From Selaginella moellendorffii (Eukaryota > Plantae > Lycopodiophyta), in contig NW_003314281.1 of assembly GCF_000143415.4 (NCBI RefSeq), forward strand, positions 1 to 64,000: a stretch of 64,000 nt of DNA. Reading direction: 5' to 3'. Below are positions 35,856 to 47,133 of the stretch, piece by piece. How positions within the stretch are numbered: the first letter of the stretch is position 1; each line of letters opens with the position of its first letter. The position numbers were made by a program, and so were the translations under genes. Below the pieces are notes generated by a model. That model worked only from the letters and a program-made list of their open reading frames with translations, searched no databases and was not told the DNA's origin.

Positions 35856-36863
35856 TTACAACGGGTACGTTGTGTCCTCAGACTGTAGAGTCTTGCGCAC
35901 TTCGCAAGAAAGTTTGGCGAGTTCGTCATCCAGAGCACCTGTGCACGAAAGATGCCCGATTTGACAAAATGTTTCTGATTTGATATTTGCTCACCTATTT
36001 CCAGCAGAGCTTCTTCCAACCTGAAAATGTACTCGTAGTTAGGACCAGACGGACCGACGCAAGTCGCTATTTGCCTGCCACAAAAATCACAGAGATCAAT
36101 CAGGTCGAGACAAGAAAATCGCAAAACGTACAATGCCATGTCCTTCATGTCAGCGGGGCCCAAATAATTCGGATTCTTTTTCTTGTCCGGAGATGCGATG
36201 TATCTGTTGCAACCAAGGCTCGTTGTCAAGTACCACGTCAATTGGAAACGAGAGCTTACACAAGAACATCAGTGATCGCGGGCTCAGAAGAGGATTCCTA
36301 CAAAAGAAAAGATGAAAACCAAAGCCCGGTGGAAACAAAGTCTAGCTTACCGTGTAAAGATCAACAAAAACCTTCCGGTCGTACTGCTTCTCACGCAAAT
36401 CCAAGTACTGAGATAGTTTCCAATCACTACTGAGAACAGAGCGCCAAAAACAAAGGAAGAAAAAAGAAACCACTCACGGAGAGCACTAGCTGCTCGTTGT
36501 CGTGACCGGAAACACGATAAGCAGCACCCCACTGATCAAACAACACACAATGCATAAGATTGTTTATCAAAGAACCAAAGATAAAACGAATAAAAGGAGG
36601 ATCCAATCTTACACAAATCCCTCCATCGTGCGCTTCCAGAGTGGCCGTCCTTCCAGGATTCTCCGGCGTCCCCCGATGATCCGTGCTCCCTGCAATGCTA
36701 GTGGTTAGCGGCATTGTCGGGAATTTGCGCATTCTCGCGCAATGCAAAGCTCGCCTTGATGGAACACGCGCCTGTACCCCTTGATGAATCCCACGACTCG
36801 CTCGTCATAGTTGAATCCGGCCTTCCAGATGAGAGATCCGTAGCCAAATATCCACAACACCAT
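35856..36863 (-). CDS. GGCT2: ChaC-family gamma-glutamylcyclotransferase (GGCT2-like), 8 exons
   Basis: Spliced product [17 protein letters not shown]...RRVFHQG|[17 protein letters not shown]...|WGAAYRV...|[10 protein letters not shown]...|YIASPD...NPNYLGPA...|[23 protein letters not shown]. The first intron is GC-AG. Confidence 0.92.
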
Positions 36864-37225
36864 GGCTGCGAGGGGAAAGAAATGGGGAAGAACCCTAAGA
36901 CGAAGAAGAAGCAATACAGTACCTCTGCCTCCTCGCCTTCTCCACCATCAAGAGATGCCGATTCCCAGCACGAGGAGGATCGCAGTAGCAGCACGATCCC
37001 ATGCCGCTCTCGACACTTTCGCAATCACACGCGGGACAACGACATTGCTTCACTGCCAGGAGACCATTAGGGTTCTTCCTTGTGTGAAGATGGTATATTC
37101 CCGCTACCATTCAAATTAGATTCGTCGATGAATAGCTGCAAGAAAATACAAACTTACACGTAAGTAGCATATCTCGTGTGTCCTTCGCGTGATCTTCGCA
37201 AGTTCTTCGTGAGAGCTTCTTTCGA

Positions 37226-38302
37226 TCAATCGTCTTTCTTTTCGGCTGCTGCTGCCTTGAGCTTGGCTTGGGCTTCTCCCGCGTACTCCTCGGCACTGAA
37301 AGCGTACTGCTGGATCGCCGCGAAGGCCACCATTTCCAAGCAAACCAAGAGATTTTGGTACGCTTCCTCGATCTGGTTGACGTTGAGTTTCTTTTGCCTC
37401 TGGATCACGCCTGCGGATGCGAGAATTTGCATGACAATGCCCTGAGAGAAAGAACGAAACAAGTAAGATCAGCTCTGCGGGAGTGAGAGAGAAGAAATGG
37501 ATTACCTGCCAGAAGGAGAAAAAGACCACTCCCTTGATGCACAGGAACTTCGCGAGAGGCTTGTGAGAAGCCAACTCCTTGGCGAAGAGATGGTAGAATT
37601 GGATCAGCGAATACATTGCCAGTGTGACCGAGGAGTTGAGGACGAGCGAGATGATCCAAGTGATCGGCCCCTCGTACATGCCGAGAAGTTGGAGCGAGAT
37701 CATGAGGATGGATAGCACCGGACGAATGATCACGAATTGCCATGTCCAGGATTTGAGAAGCTTAAGAGTGTGTTGGTTGAGCGGAACTTCGTGAGGCTAA
37801 GGAAGGAAAGAAAAGAAATACTATCAAGAGTCTCCAAAGCACCAGAGAAGGCGAACATACCAAGAACAGCGTCATTGGAAAAGAATTGTGAATTTTCCGG
37901 CCCTTGATCTCGTCGGGAATCACATTGTTGCTCATCGAGATCCCCATGTAGCTATACATGAGGCTCAAGAATTTCGCGATCACCTGGACAGAGGATTCTT
38001 TAGATCTTTCTTGGATCGATCCATCAGGAAGTACTTACCAGTGCCTCGTAGCACTCCTTGATCGCATCCAAGAACGTGAAGAGCGCCTCGCTGCCTGTGA
38101 TCTGGACAAGGCCGAAGAAAGAATCGATGGCATAGAGCGGCGCCATGAGGACGATGATGAGGATCGCCTTCTGCTCCTTAGGGTTCTTCCAGTAGAAGAG
38201 ATGCTCCGACACAAGCTTGAATGTGAAATGCATCGCCAGCATCGCGCATCCCCCCGCCATCAGCAGCGACAGCGTCCTGGCATCCATTTGCGTGAGATCC
38301 AT
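37226..38302 (-). CDS. TMEM184 / organic solute transporter alpha (DUF300, LAZ1-like) membrane protein, multi-exon
   Basis: HLFYWKNPKEQKAILIIVLMAPLYAIDS, KECYEAL, AKFLSLMYSY, KPLAKFLCIKGVVFFSFWQ and QNLLVCLEMV in successive exons. Confidence 0.92.
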
Positions 38303-38523
38303 GGCGATCGAATCGCCTTCTAGCTAGATCTAAGCCCTGGCTATGGCGCTCCAAGCTCGATCAACGAAAACCCTGGAATTGATAATATCCCACGTGTTCA
38401 TCGTTGCCGCGCAAATCCGACGGTCCACGCTGGCCCCGAAATTAGGGCAAGCGGGCAAAAGTGCCAGGGTTTTAGTTTTTAGGGTTCTTCAGGAGCGCGG
38501 CGGCGCTCGATCGATCGGGCGCG

Positions 38524-40545
38524 ATGGTGCACTACAATCTCAAGCGCATCACCGTGGTGCCGACAGGCAAGGATTTCGTCGACATTGTCCTCTCCCGGAC
38601 GCAGCGCCAGACGCCGACGGTGATCCACAAGAGCTATGCGATCAATCGCATCCGCCAGTTCTACATGCGCAAGGTAAAGTACACGCAGGCCACATTCGAT
38701 GAGAAGCTGGGCACGATCATCGACGAGTTCCCGCAGCTGGACGACATCCATCCCTTCTACGGGGATTTGATGAATGTGCTCTACGACAGGGATCACTACA
38801 AGCTCGCGCTTGGGCAATTGCGCACTGCGAAGCGACTGGTAGAGAAGATCTGCAAGGACTACGTGAAGCTCCTCAAGTATGGCGATTCGCTCTATCGTTG
38901 CAAGCAGCTCAAGAAGGCCGCGCTGGGAAGAATGTGTACGCTCATGAAGAGGGTCGGGCCGAGTCTAGCGTACTTGGAACAGGTCAGGCAGCATATGGCG
39001 AGGCTTCCATCGATCGATCCAAACACGAGAACCATCCTCATCTGCGGCTATCCAAACGTTGGTAAGAGCTCCTTCATCAACAAGATCACTCGAGCCGACG
39101 TTGATGTCCAGCCTTACGCCTTCACCACAAAGTCACTCTTTGTTGGTCACACGGACTACAAGTACCTCCGCTGGCAAGTGATTGACACTCCGGGGATCTT
39201 GGATCACCCGCTCGAGGACAGGAACACGATTGAGATGCTGAGTATCACTGCTCTGGCTCACATCCGAGCTGCGGTGCTGTTCTTCGTCGACGTCTCGGGT
39301 TCTTGCGGCTACTCCATCGCCCAGCAGGCAGCGCTCTTCAACAGCATCCGGCCTTTGTTTGACAACAAGCCGCTGCTCGTTGTGTGCAGCAAGATCGATC
39401 TCCAGTCGCTGGAGTCGCTGCCGGAGGAGGATCGCCAGCTGATCATGGAGATGAAGAAGGAGGCGTCCAAGTGCTCGGGGGGAATTGCTAGCGAGATGAT
39501 GGTGGAGGACGACGACTGCCTTCTCACGATGAGCACCCTCACGGAGGAAGGCGTGATCAACGTGAAGAACACTGCGTGCGAGAAGCTGCTCCAGCACCGT
39601 GTGGAGGGGAAGATGAAGTCGAAGAAGCTCGAGGACGTGAGGAACAGGATCCACGTCGCGATGCCTCGTCCCAGGGACACCAGAGAGAGACCGCCGGTGA
39701 TTCCAGCTGGGGTGTTGGAAGCTCGAGCAGCAGCGCCGCCGAGGGCCCCGAGACGACTCGAGAAGGATCTGGAGAACGAGAACGGTGGCGCTGGAGTTTA
39801 CTCCGCCAACTTGAGAAGGCGCTACATTCTCGCGGACGAGAGCTGGAAGGAGGACGTGGTACCGGAGATAGCAGACGGTCACAACATCGCGGACTTCATC
39901 GACACGGACATTCTCAAGAGGTTGGACGAGCTGGATCGCGAGGAGCACCAGCGGCAGGAGGGAGAGAGCGAGGAAGAGGACATGGACGACGACGAGTTCC
40001 GCAAGCTCAGTCCGGAGGAACAGGAGGCGCTAGCGGCGATTCGCCTCGCGAGAAGGAACATCCGGGAGGAGCACAGGCTGAAGAAGACCACTGCCGATAG
40101 CCGTCCAATGGTTCCCAGGAAGCACGACAAGGACAAGAGATTCACGGTTTCCAGGATGGAGCGCCACCTATCAAACCTGGGGATCGATCCATCGGCAGCA
40201 GCGGCGAGAGCTCGAAGCAAGTCTCGCGGAAGAAAGCGGGATCGATCACTCGGGTATGACGAGGAGGACGGGGCGGATGCTATGGACGTGGATCAGCCAA
40301 AGAGCAAGAAGTTGAGGATGAAGTCCAGGACGAGATCGCAGTCTCGCGCGTCGATGGAAGTCGTTCCAGGCGAGGGATTCAAGGACTCGGCACAGAAGCA
40401 GCAGGCATTGGCGCTGGGCAAGAAGGCGATGAAGAAGAGGAACAAGTTCGCGAGGAAGGGAGAAGCCGATCGAACCATCGTCAATCTCCGGCCTAAGCAT
40501 TTGTTTGCTGGGAAGAGATCTACAGGAAAGACGGACAGGCGCTAG
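38524..40545 (+). CDS. NOG1: Nucleolar GTP-binding protein 1 (60S biogenesis GTPase), intronless
   Basis: MVHYNLKRITVVP, GYPNVGKSS, VQPYAFTTKSL, DTPGILD, C-terminal PKHLFAGKRSTGKTDRR. Confidence 0.97.
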   Translation: MVHYNLKRITVVPTGKDFVDIVLSRTQRQTPTVIHKSYAINRIRQFYMRKVKYTQATFDEKLGTIIDEFPQLDDIHPFYGDLMNVLYDRDHYKLALGQLRTAKRLVEKICKDYVKLLKYGDSLYRCKQLKKAALGRMCTLMKRVGPSLAYLEQVRQHMARLPSIDPNTRTILICGYPNVGKSSFINKITRADVDVQPYAFTTKSLFVGHTDYKYLRWQVIDTPGILDHPLEDRNTIEMLSITALAHIRAAVLFFVDVSGSCGYSIAQQAALFNSIRPLFDNKPLLVVCSKIDLQSLESLPEEDRQLIMEMKKEASKCSGGIASEMMVEDDDCLLTMSTLTEEGVINVKNTACEKLLQHRVEGKMKSKKLEDVRNRIHVAMPRPRDTRERPPVIPAGVLEARAAAPPRAPRRLEKDLENENGGAGVYSANLRRRYILADESWKEDVVPEIADGHNIADFIDTDILKRLDELDREEHQRQEGESEEEDMDDDEFRKLSPEEQEALAAIRLARRNIREEHRLKKTTADSRPMVPRKHDKDKRFTVSRMERHLSNLGIDPSAAAARARSKSRGRKRDRSLGYDEEDGADAMDVDQPKSKKLRMKSRTRSQSRASMEVVPGEGFKDSAQKQQALALGKKAMKKRNKFARKGEADRTIVNLRPKHLFAGKRSTGKTDRR

Positions 40546-40660
40546 AGAGGACGATGATCCGCTAGAGAGGACGATGATCTTCTATGTATTCCCGCGAAAG
40601 TTTGAAAGTTTGAATTTAAATTTGGTTTTAAAAATTTAGGGTTCTTCCTTCTCTAAAAAT

Positions 40661-42619
40661 TTAGGGGTCTTCGTCTTCCTCTGCGAAGCACATCCCGGAC
40701 AAGGACACATAGATCGCGGCTTTCTCCGGCTCTAGCTCAAACACCCGGATCGCCGCGGCCTCGGCTCGATCGCGATCAGAATGCAGCCGGCAAGATCCCA
40801 AGAAATTCGACCACGCTCTGGCATCCGGCTCAAACGGCATCTGATCCACTAGGTCCTGCGCCAGATCCAGATGCCCGCCTCGCCCAAGGAGATCGATCAA
40901 GCACCCATAGTGCTCCACTCGCGGAGCAAGCCCATGATCTTGGATCATCGCAAGAAAATGCCCCAATCCCTGCTCCATCGTCCCGGAGTGGCTACACCCG
41001 TGGAGGATGCTGATAAACACGATCTCGCTGGGTTTGCCGCCCTCCAATCGCATCTCTCGGAAGAGCTCCAGCGCTTCGTCGATCGATCCGTGCCTGGCGA
41101 GTGCCGAGATCATGTTCATCCAAGAAACATCGTTGGCGCTCTGGAACGATCCGCGAGACGCCCTCATGGAGGAGAAAATCTCTCGCGCGCGATCGAGGCG
41201 GCCACACTTGGCATACATGTTGAAGATCGCGGTGGAGATCATGGTGGAGTGGACGATCCCACTGTCGACGATGTGCTGGTGGATCTTGATCCCCTCGTCG
41301 GCGAAGGAGCACGCCTCAAGAACACTGATGAACGTCGCCTCGTTGGGCCTCGCGCTGGAGCTCCAGATCATCCGGCGATAGAAATGGAGAGCGCTGCTCG
41401 ATTCTCCGTTCTGGGCAAGAGCTGCGATCACAGCACTCCACGCCACACCGTCCTTGATCTCCATTCTCTCGAACGTCGCCATGGATTCCTCGACGCTGCC
41501 ACAGCGCCCATACATGCTCACAGCTGCAGAGGCGAGCACTAGATGAGATCCCAGCCCGCGAGCTATGGCGTCGCGATGGATCGATCGCCCAGCCGCCAGA
41601 TCTTCCTGGCTATAGCAAGCGCCAAGAACATTCACGAATGTCACTGGATCGAGCTTCACGGATCCATCGCCGCGCATTCTCTTGTAGAGATCGATCGCAT
41701 CTCCTGGGTGCCCATTGTGAGCATACGCTGCGATCATAGAGTTCCACGAAACAGAGCTCCTCCTGGGCATTCTCTGGAAGATCCTCTCGGCATCGCGCAA
41801 TCTCTTGCAGTTCCCATAGAGATTGATCAGCGAATTCGCGACCTCGATCCAGGATTCCAGCCCAGCGGCAGTGATCCTTGCGTGGATCGCGATGCCCACG
41901 TCCAGCCGCCCCAGCTCCGCGCACGCATCGATCACGATCGTGAAGGTGTACTGATTTGGAGCCACACCATCCGGATCCATCGAGCTGTAGAGATCCAGCG
42001 CCTCTTCGCAATGCCCGTTCTGGGTGTAGGCAGTGATGAGCGCTGTCCATGCCACGACATCCCTGCGCTTCAATTGATCAAACACACGCTTGGCATCAGC
42101 GAGGCTCCTGGATTTCCCATACATGGTGACGATCGCTGTGCCCACAGCTGGATCGCTCTCCAACCCCACGGTAATTGCGAGCTCGTGGATCTTCCTCCCC
42201 TCCGCGAGGTTCTTGAGCTTCTCTAGCGCATGGAGGAATGTGATCCTGGTGGGGATGATGCCCGGCTCCTCGCGGATCATCCGCCAGAAGAGCGCCACAG
42301 AGCGCTCCGGATGCCCGTTCTGGGCAAATGCTGCGATGATCATGTTCCAGGAGAAAACGTTGCGAGCTTGGATCGAGGAGAAGACGATCCATGCGTCGTC
42401 GACGCTGCCACACTTGCCATACATTTGGACGATCATGTTGGAGACGTAGGTGCTGGATCCGTGGCCGCGCTCTCGGATCCAGCAGTGGAGACGCTTTGCC
42501 TCGCCGAGATCTCGGCATTGGCGCAGGAGATTGGCGTACTGGCCTTCGATGCTCTTGGGCGCGCCGGCGCTGGCAAGAGCTTCCCTGAATGCTTGTAGCA
42601 GCCATCGCCCAGCGATCAT
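40661..42619 (-). CDS. PLS-class PPR protein (E-type)
   Basis: First ATG at 42619. PPR motifs and EHYGCLIDLLGRGG...MPFEPDARAW..FLGSC. Confidence 0.92.
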   Translation of the reverse strand: MIAGRWLLQAFREALASAGAPKSIEGQYANLLRQCRDLGEAKRLHCWIRERGHGSSTYVSNMIVQMYGKCGSVDDAWIVFSSIQARNVFSWNMIIAAFAQNGHPERSVALFWRMIREEPGIIPTRITFLHALEKLKNLAEGRKIHELAITVGLESDPAVGTAIVTMYGKSRSLADAKRVFDQLKRRDVVAWTALITAYTQNGHCEEALDLYSSMDPDGVAPNQYTFTIVIDACAELGRLDVGIAIHARITAAGLESWIEVANSLINLYGNCKRLRDAERIFQRMPRRSSVSWNSMIAAYAHNGHPGDAIDLYKRMRGDGSVKLDPVTFVNVLGACYSQEDLAAGRSIHRDAIARGLGSHLVLASAAVSMYGRCGSVEESMATFERMEIKDGVAWSAVIAALAQNGESSSALHFYRRMIWSSSARPNEATFISVLEACSFADEGIKIHQHIVDSGIVHSTMISTAIFNMYAKCGRLDRAREIFSSMRASRGSFQSANDVSWMNMISALARHGSIDEALELFREMRLEGGKPSEIVFISILHGCSHSGTMEQGLGHFLAMIQDHGLAPRVEHYGCLIDLLGRGGHLDLAQDLVDQMPFEPDARAWSNFLGSCRLHSDRDRAEAAAIRVFELEPEKAAIYVSLSGMCFAEEDEDP

Positions 42620-42682
42620 AGAGCAAGCATTGCGCGCTGGAACTTGGATCGACCAAGAACACGCACACACACAATGGTTTTC

Positions 42683-45055
42683 TCAAATGCTTGTCAAGAT
42701 ATTGGAAAGAATCACGTAGTGTGACGAGCTCGTGTGATCGCCAGGAAGCGCCCTATACGCTCGCTCCAGATCGTGGTGAGTGTGGCAAGCAGCGAGCAAG
42801 CTTCCCAGCGCGACATTGTCGGATCCAAGGAGTGGCACCGAGTTTATGAGCTCCTCCGCGAATCCAAGCTGCCCGGATCGACAGAGGACGTCCACCATGG
42901 AGCAACAGTGTTCTTTGTCGGCGATCAATCCATAGTCCTGCGCGAGAGACACAAAGAAACTCCGGCTAATCTCCAGAGATCCGATGTGTGTGCACGCGGC
43001 CAAGACGTGCGTGAAGGAGATCCCATCCGGCAGCGATGATCCATCCAGGCAGAGCTCGCGCAGCATCTCGATCGCGAGTTCGCCCTGCCCGTTTCGCGCG
43101 CAGGCATCCAGGAGCGCGTTCCAGGAGACGATGTTCTTGTTTGGGACCCTGGCGAAGAACTGCTTGGATCGGTCGAGGACGCCATGATGGGCGCAGCCCA
43201 GCAGCAGCGAGTTCCACGATCCGGCGTTGTGCTGCGGCATTCTCTCGAGGAACTGGAGGGATTCATCGATTTGCCCACTCAGGGCAAATGCTGCAACGAT
43301 GGAGTTTTGCGAGACGATATCTCTCTCCGGCATAAATTGGAAGATCTCTTTCGCTGGATCGATGGCGCTAGCAGATGCATAGATCCCGAGCATCACATTC
43401 CAGGTGATCAAGCTTCGCTGGGGCGCCAGATCGAAAGCCCTCTTTGCTTCCGCGAGGAGAGATTGCTGGGCAAATGCCGCGAGGAGGATCGTCCACGACA
43501 CAACATCTCTAGCGGGCATTCGATCGAAGAAAATCTCTCTCGTTCCCTCGCAGTAGCAATCGCCCTGTTCCTCTTCCACGCTTGCGATCTGGAGCATCGC
43601 GTTCCAGGAATGCAGGCTCCTCTCGGGCAATCCATCGAAGATCTCTTTCGCCCTGTCGAAATTCCCACACTGGCTGTGAGCTCCGATCATCACATTCAAG
43701 CACACAACGTCCCAGGCGGGCATTCTCTCAAGGATATCCTCGGCGCCACCGATGCCGTCCGCCACGCGACAGGTGGCGACGATCAGAGACGTCCACGTCA
43801 CAACGTTTCTCTCTTTGGCGCCGTCGAATATTCCCCTCGCGGCGGCAATATCCTTCGCGATGAGCGCGTTCCAAGAACAAAGGTCGTGCTGCGGCATCCG
43901 CCGGTATGCCGCTAGGGCTTCCTCGATCGACGATTCGTCCTCCGCGAGCGCCGCCACGATCGATCCCCAGCTCGTCGCGTCGCGGCTCGCCATGGAATCG
44001 AAGATCGCCTTGGCGTCGGCGAGGTGCCCGTTCACCGCAAGGCCGGCGATCATCGTGTTCCAGGTGATCACATCCTTCTCCGGCATTTCGGCAAGAATCC
44101 CCATGGCGGCCCCGACCTCGCGATTCTGGAGGTAGCAGGCGAGCATCGCATTCCAGGAGAAGAGATTTCTCGGCACGGCATCGAAGATCTTCTTGGCGTC
44201 GGCAAGAACCCCCCTCTGCGTGTGTGCCGCAAGGATCGTCGTGCAGGAGACGGGGTCCCAGAGGGGCATCTTTTCCATGGCCTCCCTAGCGCTGTCAAGG
44301 AGGCCGAATCGAGCACACACCCGGAGCAGCGTGTTCCAAGCGATGATATCCCTCTCCAGCGCCTGATCGAAGATGTTCTTGGCAGCACCGGCATCAATCC
44401 GTCCGTAAGCAGCGATCATCGCATTCCAGGAGAGGATCTCTCGCATTGGCATCCTCGAGAAGACGCCGCTGGCCTTCTCGATTTCTCCGGACGCCAAAAG
44501 CGCCACCAGCATTGTGTTCCAGGACAGCCGATCTCTCTCCAACGCCGGGTGATGGAAGAGATCCCAAGACTCTTGAAACTGCCCCCTCTGGGCATATGTG
44601 GAAATCATCGAGTTCCACGCGACAACGCTGTGCTGTGGCACGAGATCCATCGCATGCTCGGCCTCCTGGATCATATATTCTTCCACGAACACCTGGATGG
44701 TAATGTTCCAGGACACCAAATCCTTGCGGGGCATCTCCCGGAAGAGCTCAAGCGCTCGGTGTGGTTGCCGGTTCCTGGCAAATGCCGTCATCAGCGAGTT
44801 CCAGGACACAACATCGGGGATTTTGAGGCAGTTGAAGACGTCGATCGCCTCTTGCAAGCTCCCACACTTGGCATACATTCCAATCAGCTGGTTCGCGAGG
44901 AGGAGGCTCTCGCGATGCTGGTGGCTTGCAATGATCCAGTCGTGGACGAGCCGCCCTCGATCGAGATTGCGGTCCTCGATGCAAGATCTTAGGAGCCGGA
45001 CGAAGCCATCGAGAGTTCTTGGGGGCGATAGTTTCATCCATCCATGGACGATCAT
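42683..45055 (-). CDS. PLS-class PPR protein rich in short S-type repeats
   Basis: Many 31-aa repeats of the form MP.RD.VSWN.M... and a C-terminal EHCCSMVDVLCRSG. Confidence 0.9.
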   Translation of the reverse strand: MIVHGWMKLSPPRTLDGFVRLLRSCIEDRNLDRGRLVHDWIIASHQHRESLLLANQLIGMYAKCGSLQEAIDVFNCLKIPDVVSWNSLMTAFARNRQPHRALELFREMPRKDLVSWNITIQVFVEEYMIQEAEHAMDLVPQHSVVAWNSMISTYAQRGQFQESWDLFHHPALERDRLSWNTMLVALLASGEIEKASGVFSRMPMREILSWNAMIAAYGRIDAGAAKNIFDQALERDIIAWNTLLRVCARFGLLDSAREAMEKMPLWDPVSCTTILAAHTQRGVLADAKKIFDAVPRNLFSWNAMLACYLQNREVGAAMGILAEMPEKDVITWNTMIAGLAVNGHLADAKAIFDSMASRDATSWGSIVAALAEDESSIEEALAAYRRMPQHDLCSWNALIAKDIAAARGIFDGAKERNVVTWTSLIVATCRVADGIGGAEDILERMPAWDVVCLNVMIGAHSQCGNFDRAKEIFDGLPERSLHSWNAMLQIASVEEEQGDCYCEGTREIFFDRMPARDVVSWTILLAAFAQQSLLAEAKRAFDLAPQRSLITWNVMLGIYASASAIDPAKEIFQFMPERDIVSQNSIVAAFALSGQIDESLQFLERMPQHNAGSWNSLLLGCAHHGVLDRSKQFFARVPNKNIVSWNALLDACARNGQGELAIEMLRELCLDGSSLPDGISFTHVLAACTHIGSLEISRSFFVSLAQDYGLIADKEHCCSMVDVLCRSGQLGFAEELINSVPLLGSDNVALGSLLAACHTHHDLERAYRALPGDHTSSSHYVILSNILTSI

Positions 45056-45275
45056 TCACGACACAACACAGCTTCTTCTTCCATGGGGGAGTTGACTTCC
45101 AGTGGCCGTTGACGCTTGACTGGGCTTTGACTGGAGATTGTGTCCTAAGTTGGGAATGTGACAACTCCGAGTAGACCATCGCGAGCTGCATGACAAGTAC
45201 GTTGGCAATCCTCAAGACTATAAATTCTTCTTTTGTGCTTGTTTGGATCGCAGTTCTTCGCTGATCCATCGCTCA

Positions 45276-47110
45276 ATGGCTACTTGGTGGATGATCTTGC
45301 TGGTTCTCCAGCTATGGTGGTGCTCATGGCTGGAAGCTCGCCCCATCAAGAACATTGTGCTGCAGTATCCATCGCCACCGCCTCCTGTTACTTACGTCTA
45401 CTCGTCCCCGCCACCGGATGGTTACTCGTCTCCATCGCCACCGCAAACTTCTTGCCCGCCGCCTCCGTCGCCACCAGCGTCGCCAGTTTATCCACCACCA
45501 GCGTCACCACCACCGGATGGTTACTCGTCTCCATCGCCACCGTCTTCTTGCCCGCCGCCTCCATCACCGCCAGTTTATCCACCACCAGCGTCACCACCAC
45601 CAGATGGTTACTCGTCTCCATCGCCACCGTCTTCTTACCCGCCGCCTCCATCGCCGCCAGTTTACCCACCACCATCGGATGGTTACTCGTCTCCATCGCC
45701 ACCGCCATCGCCACCAGTTTACTCGTCTCCATCGCCACCGTCTTCTTACCCGCCGCCTCCATCGCCGCCAGTTTACCCACCACCAGCGTCACCACCATCG
45801 GATGGTTACTCGTCTCCATCGCCACCGTCTTCTTGCCCGCCACCTCCATCGCCACCAGCGTCACCACCACCAACGTCAACACCGTCGCCAGTTTATCCAC
45901 CACCAACGTCACCAGTTTGTCCACCACCACCGTCGCCAGCTTATCCACCGCCATCGCCACCACCTTGCGATAGTAAGCCCCCACCAATGCAGGAGTATCC
46001 ACCTCCGCCTTGCGAGGATCACCATGCGCCAACAGCACCGGAGTATCCTCCACCTCCTTGCGAGTGTCACACGCCAACACCACCGGAGTATCCTCCTCCT
46101 CCTCCTCCCAAGGATTGTCATACGCCACCACCGCCGGCGCCATCTCCTTGCAACGAGAGCGCCGAGTATCCGCCACCATCTTGCGACGATTGCAGCTCGC
46201 CACCAACAGAGCCGCCTCCATGCGAGAAATGCGAGTATCCTCCTTGTGACGACTGCGGTAAGCTACCAGCAAGCACGAAGGTGACAGACGCGAGGATACT
46301 TGCTGAGATTCTCAGCGCCGAGTTGCTCTTGTCCGATCAGTACTCTCGAGCTGCACGCTTCAAGGATCCGTCCGTGAAGATGTTGACGTCGGAGTTCCAA
46401 TCGCAGCTTAAGTCGCACATCAGGTAGGCTCTGTGCTTCCGACTTCTCCAATCTTTTTTCGTTCTGTTCTTCTTGATCATTTCTCTGGCTTGTTTTTGGC
46501 AGCGTCTTGCAAGGATTGCTCAAGGACGCCGCTGGAAAGCCTCAAATTGACGCTGGCAAGGGAGTCTTCACCAAGATCATGAACGCTGCTTTCGGAAAGG
46601 ACCTCGACCCGGCATTCGATGCTTACAACACCAGCACGAACTTCCTGCTCGCTGCATCTGTTACAGCACCCCTGGCATCCAGCCTCTCGGTCGCCGGCCT
46701 CTCACAGTTGCAAGGAGCCGACGCTAAAAAGGTGACAAAACTTGCAGACTTTCCACTTCCTTGCTAATGAAACGATCATCCTACAGGCAGTAGCGGGCAT
46801 CTCCAGCACCTTGGCCGGCCAAAGCTCCGTCCTCGGAGTCCTCCTCAAGCTCCGCAAGCTCGAGAAGGTCCAGCCATACGGTCTCACGGTGGGGGAGTTC
46901 TCGAGCCAGCTCCAGGAACTCCAGAAGAAGCTGGAGCTCCTCCATCACGGCCAAGTTGCCGAAGCAGCATCGTCATCGCGGAACTCTACGAATGTCTCGA
47001 GTTCCAAAGCAAAAGTCTCTCCTTCCACCGCCCGGGATCCAAAGCAACATCCGGAGGAGATTGCCGCGATACTGATGGAGCTCGGTTTTTACGCGCCTGG
47101 ACAGCAGTGA
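45276..47110 (+). CDS. Secreted extensin-like Pro-rich protein fused to a desiccation-related PCC13-62 / ferritin-like domain
   Basis: Exons 45276-46423, 46503-46731 and 46787-47110 (GT-AG). Signal peptide, SPPP/YPPP repeats, then KPQID...FTKIMNAAFGKDLDPAFDAY...NFLLA...LQG...KKAVAG...GQ...EKVQPYGLTVGEFS, recognised as the PCC13-62 family pattern. Confidence 0.8.
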
Positions 47111-47133
47111 CGATCACACCAAGTTAGAACCTC

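Noticed and set aside
40540-40579. 20-bp tandem duplication across the NOG1 stop codon
   Set aside because: Simple local duplication that leaves the protein unchanged.
39133-44992. Many long antisense or overlapping ORFs over NOG1 and the PPR genes
   Set aside because: Expected shadow ORFs of GC-rich coding DNA, with no recognisable domains.
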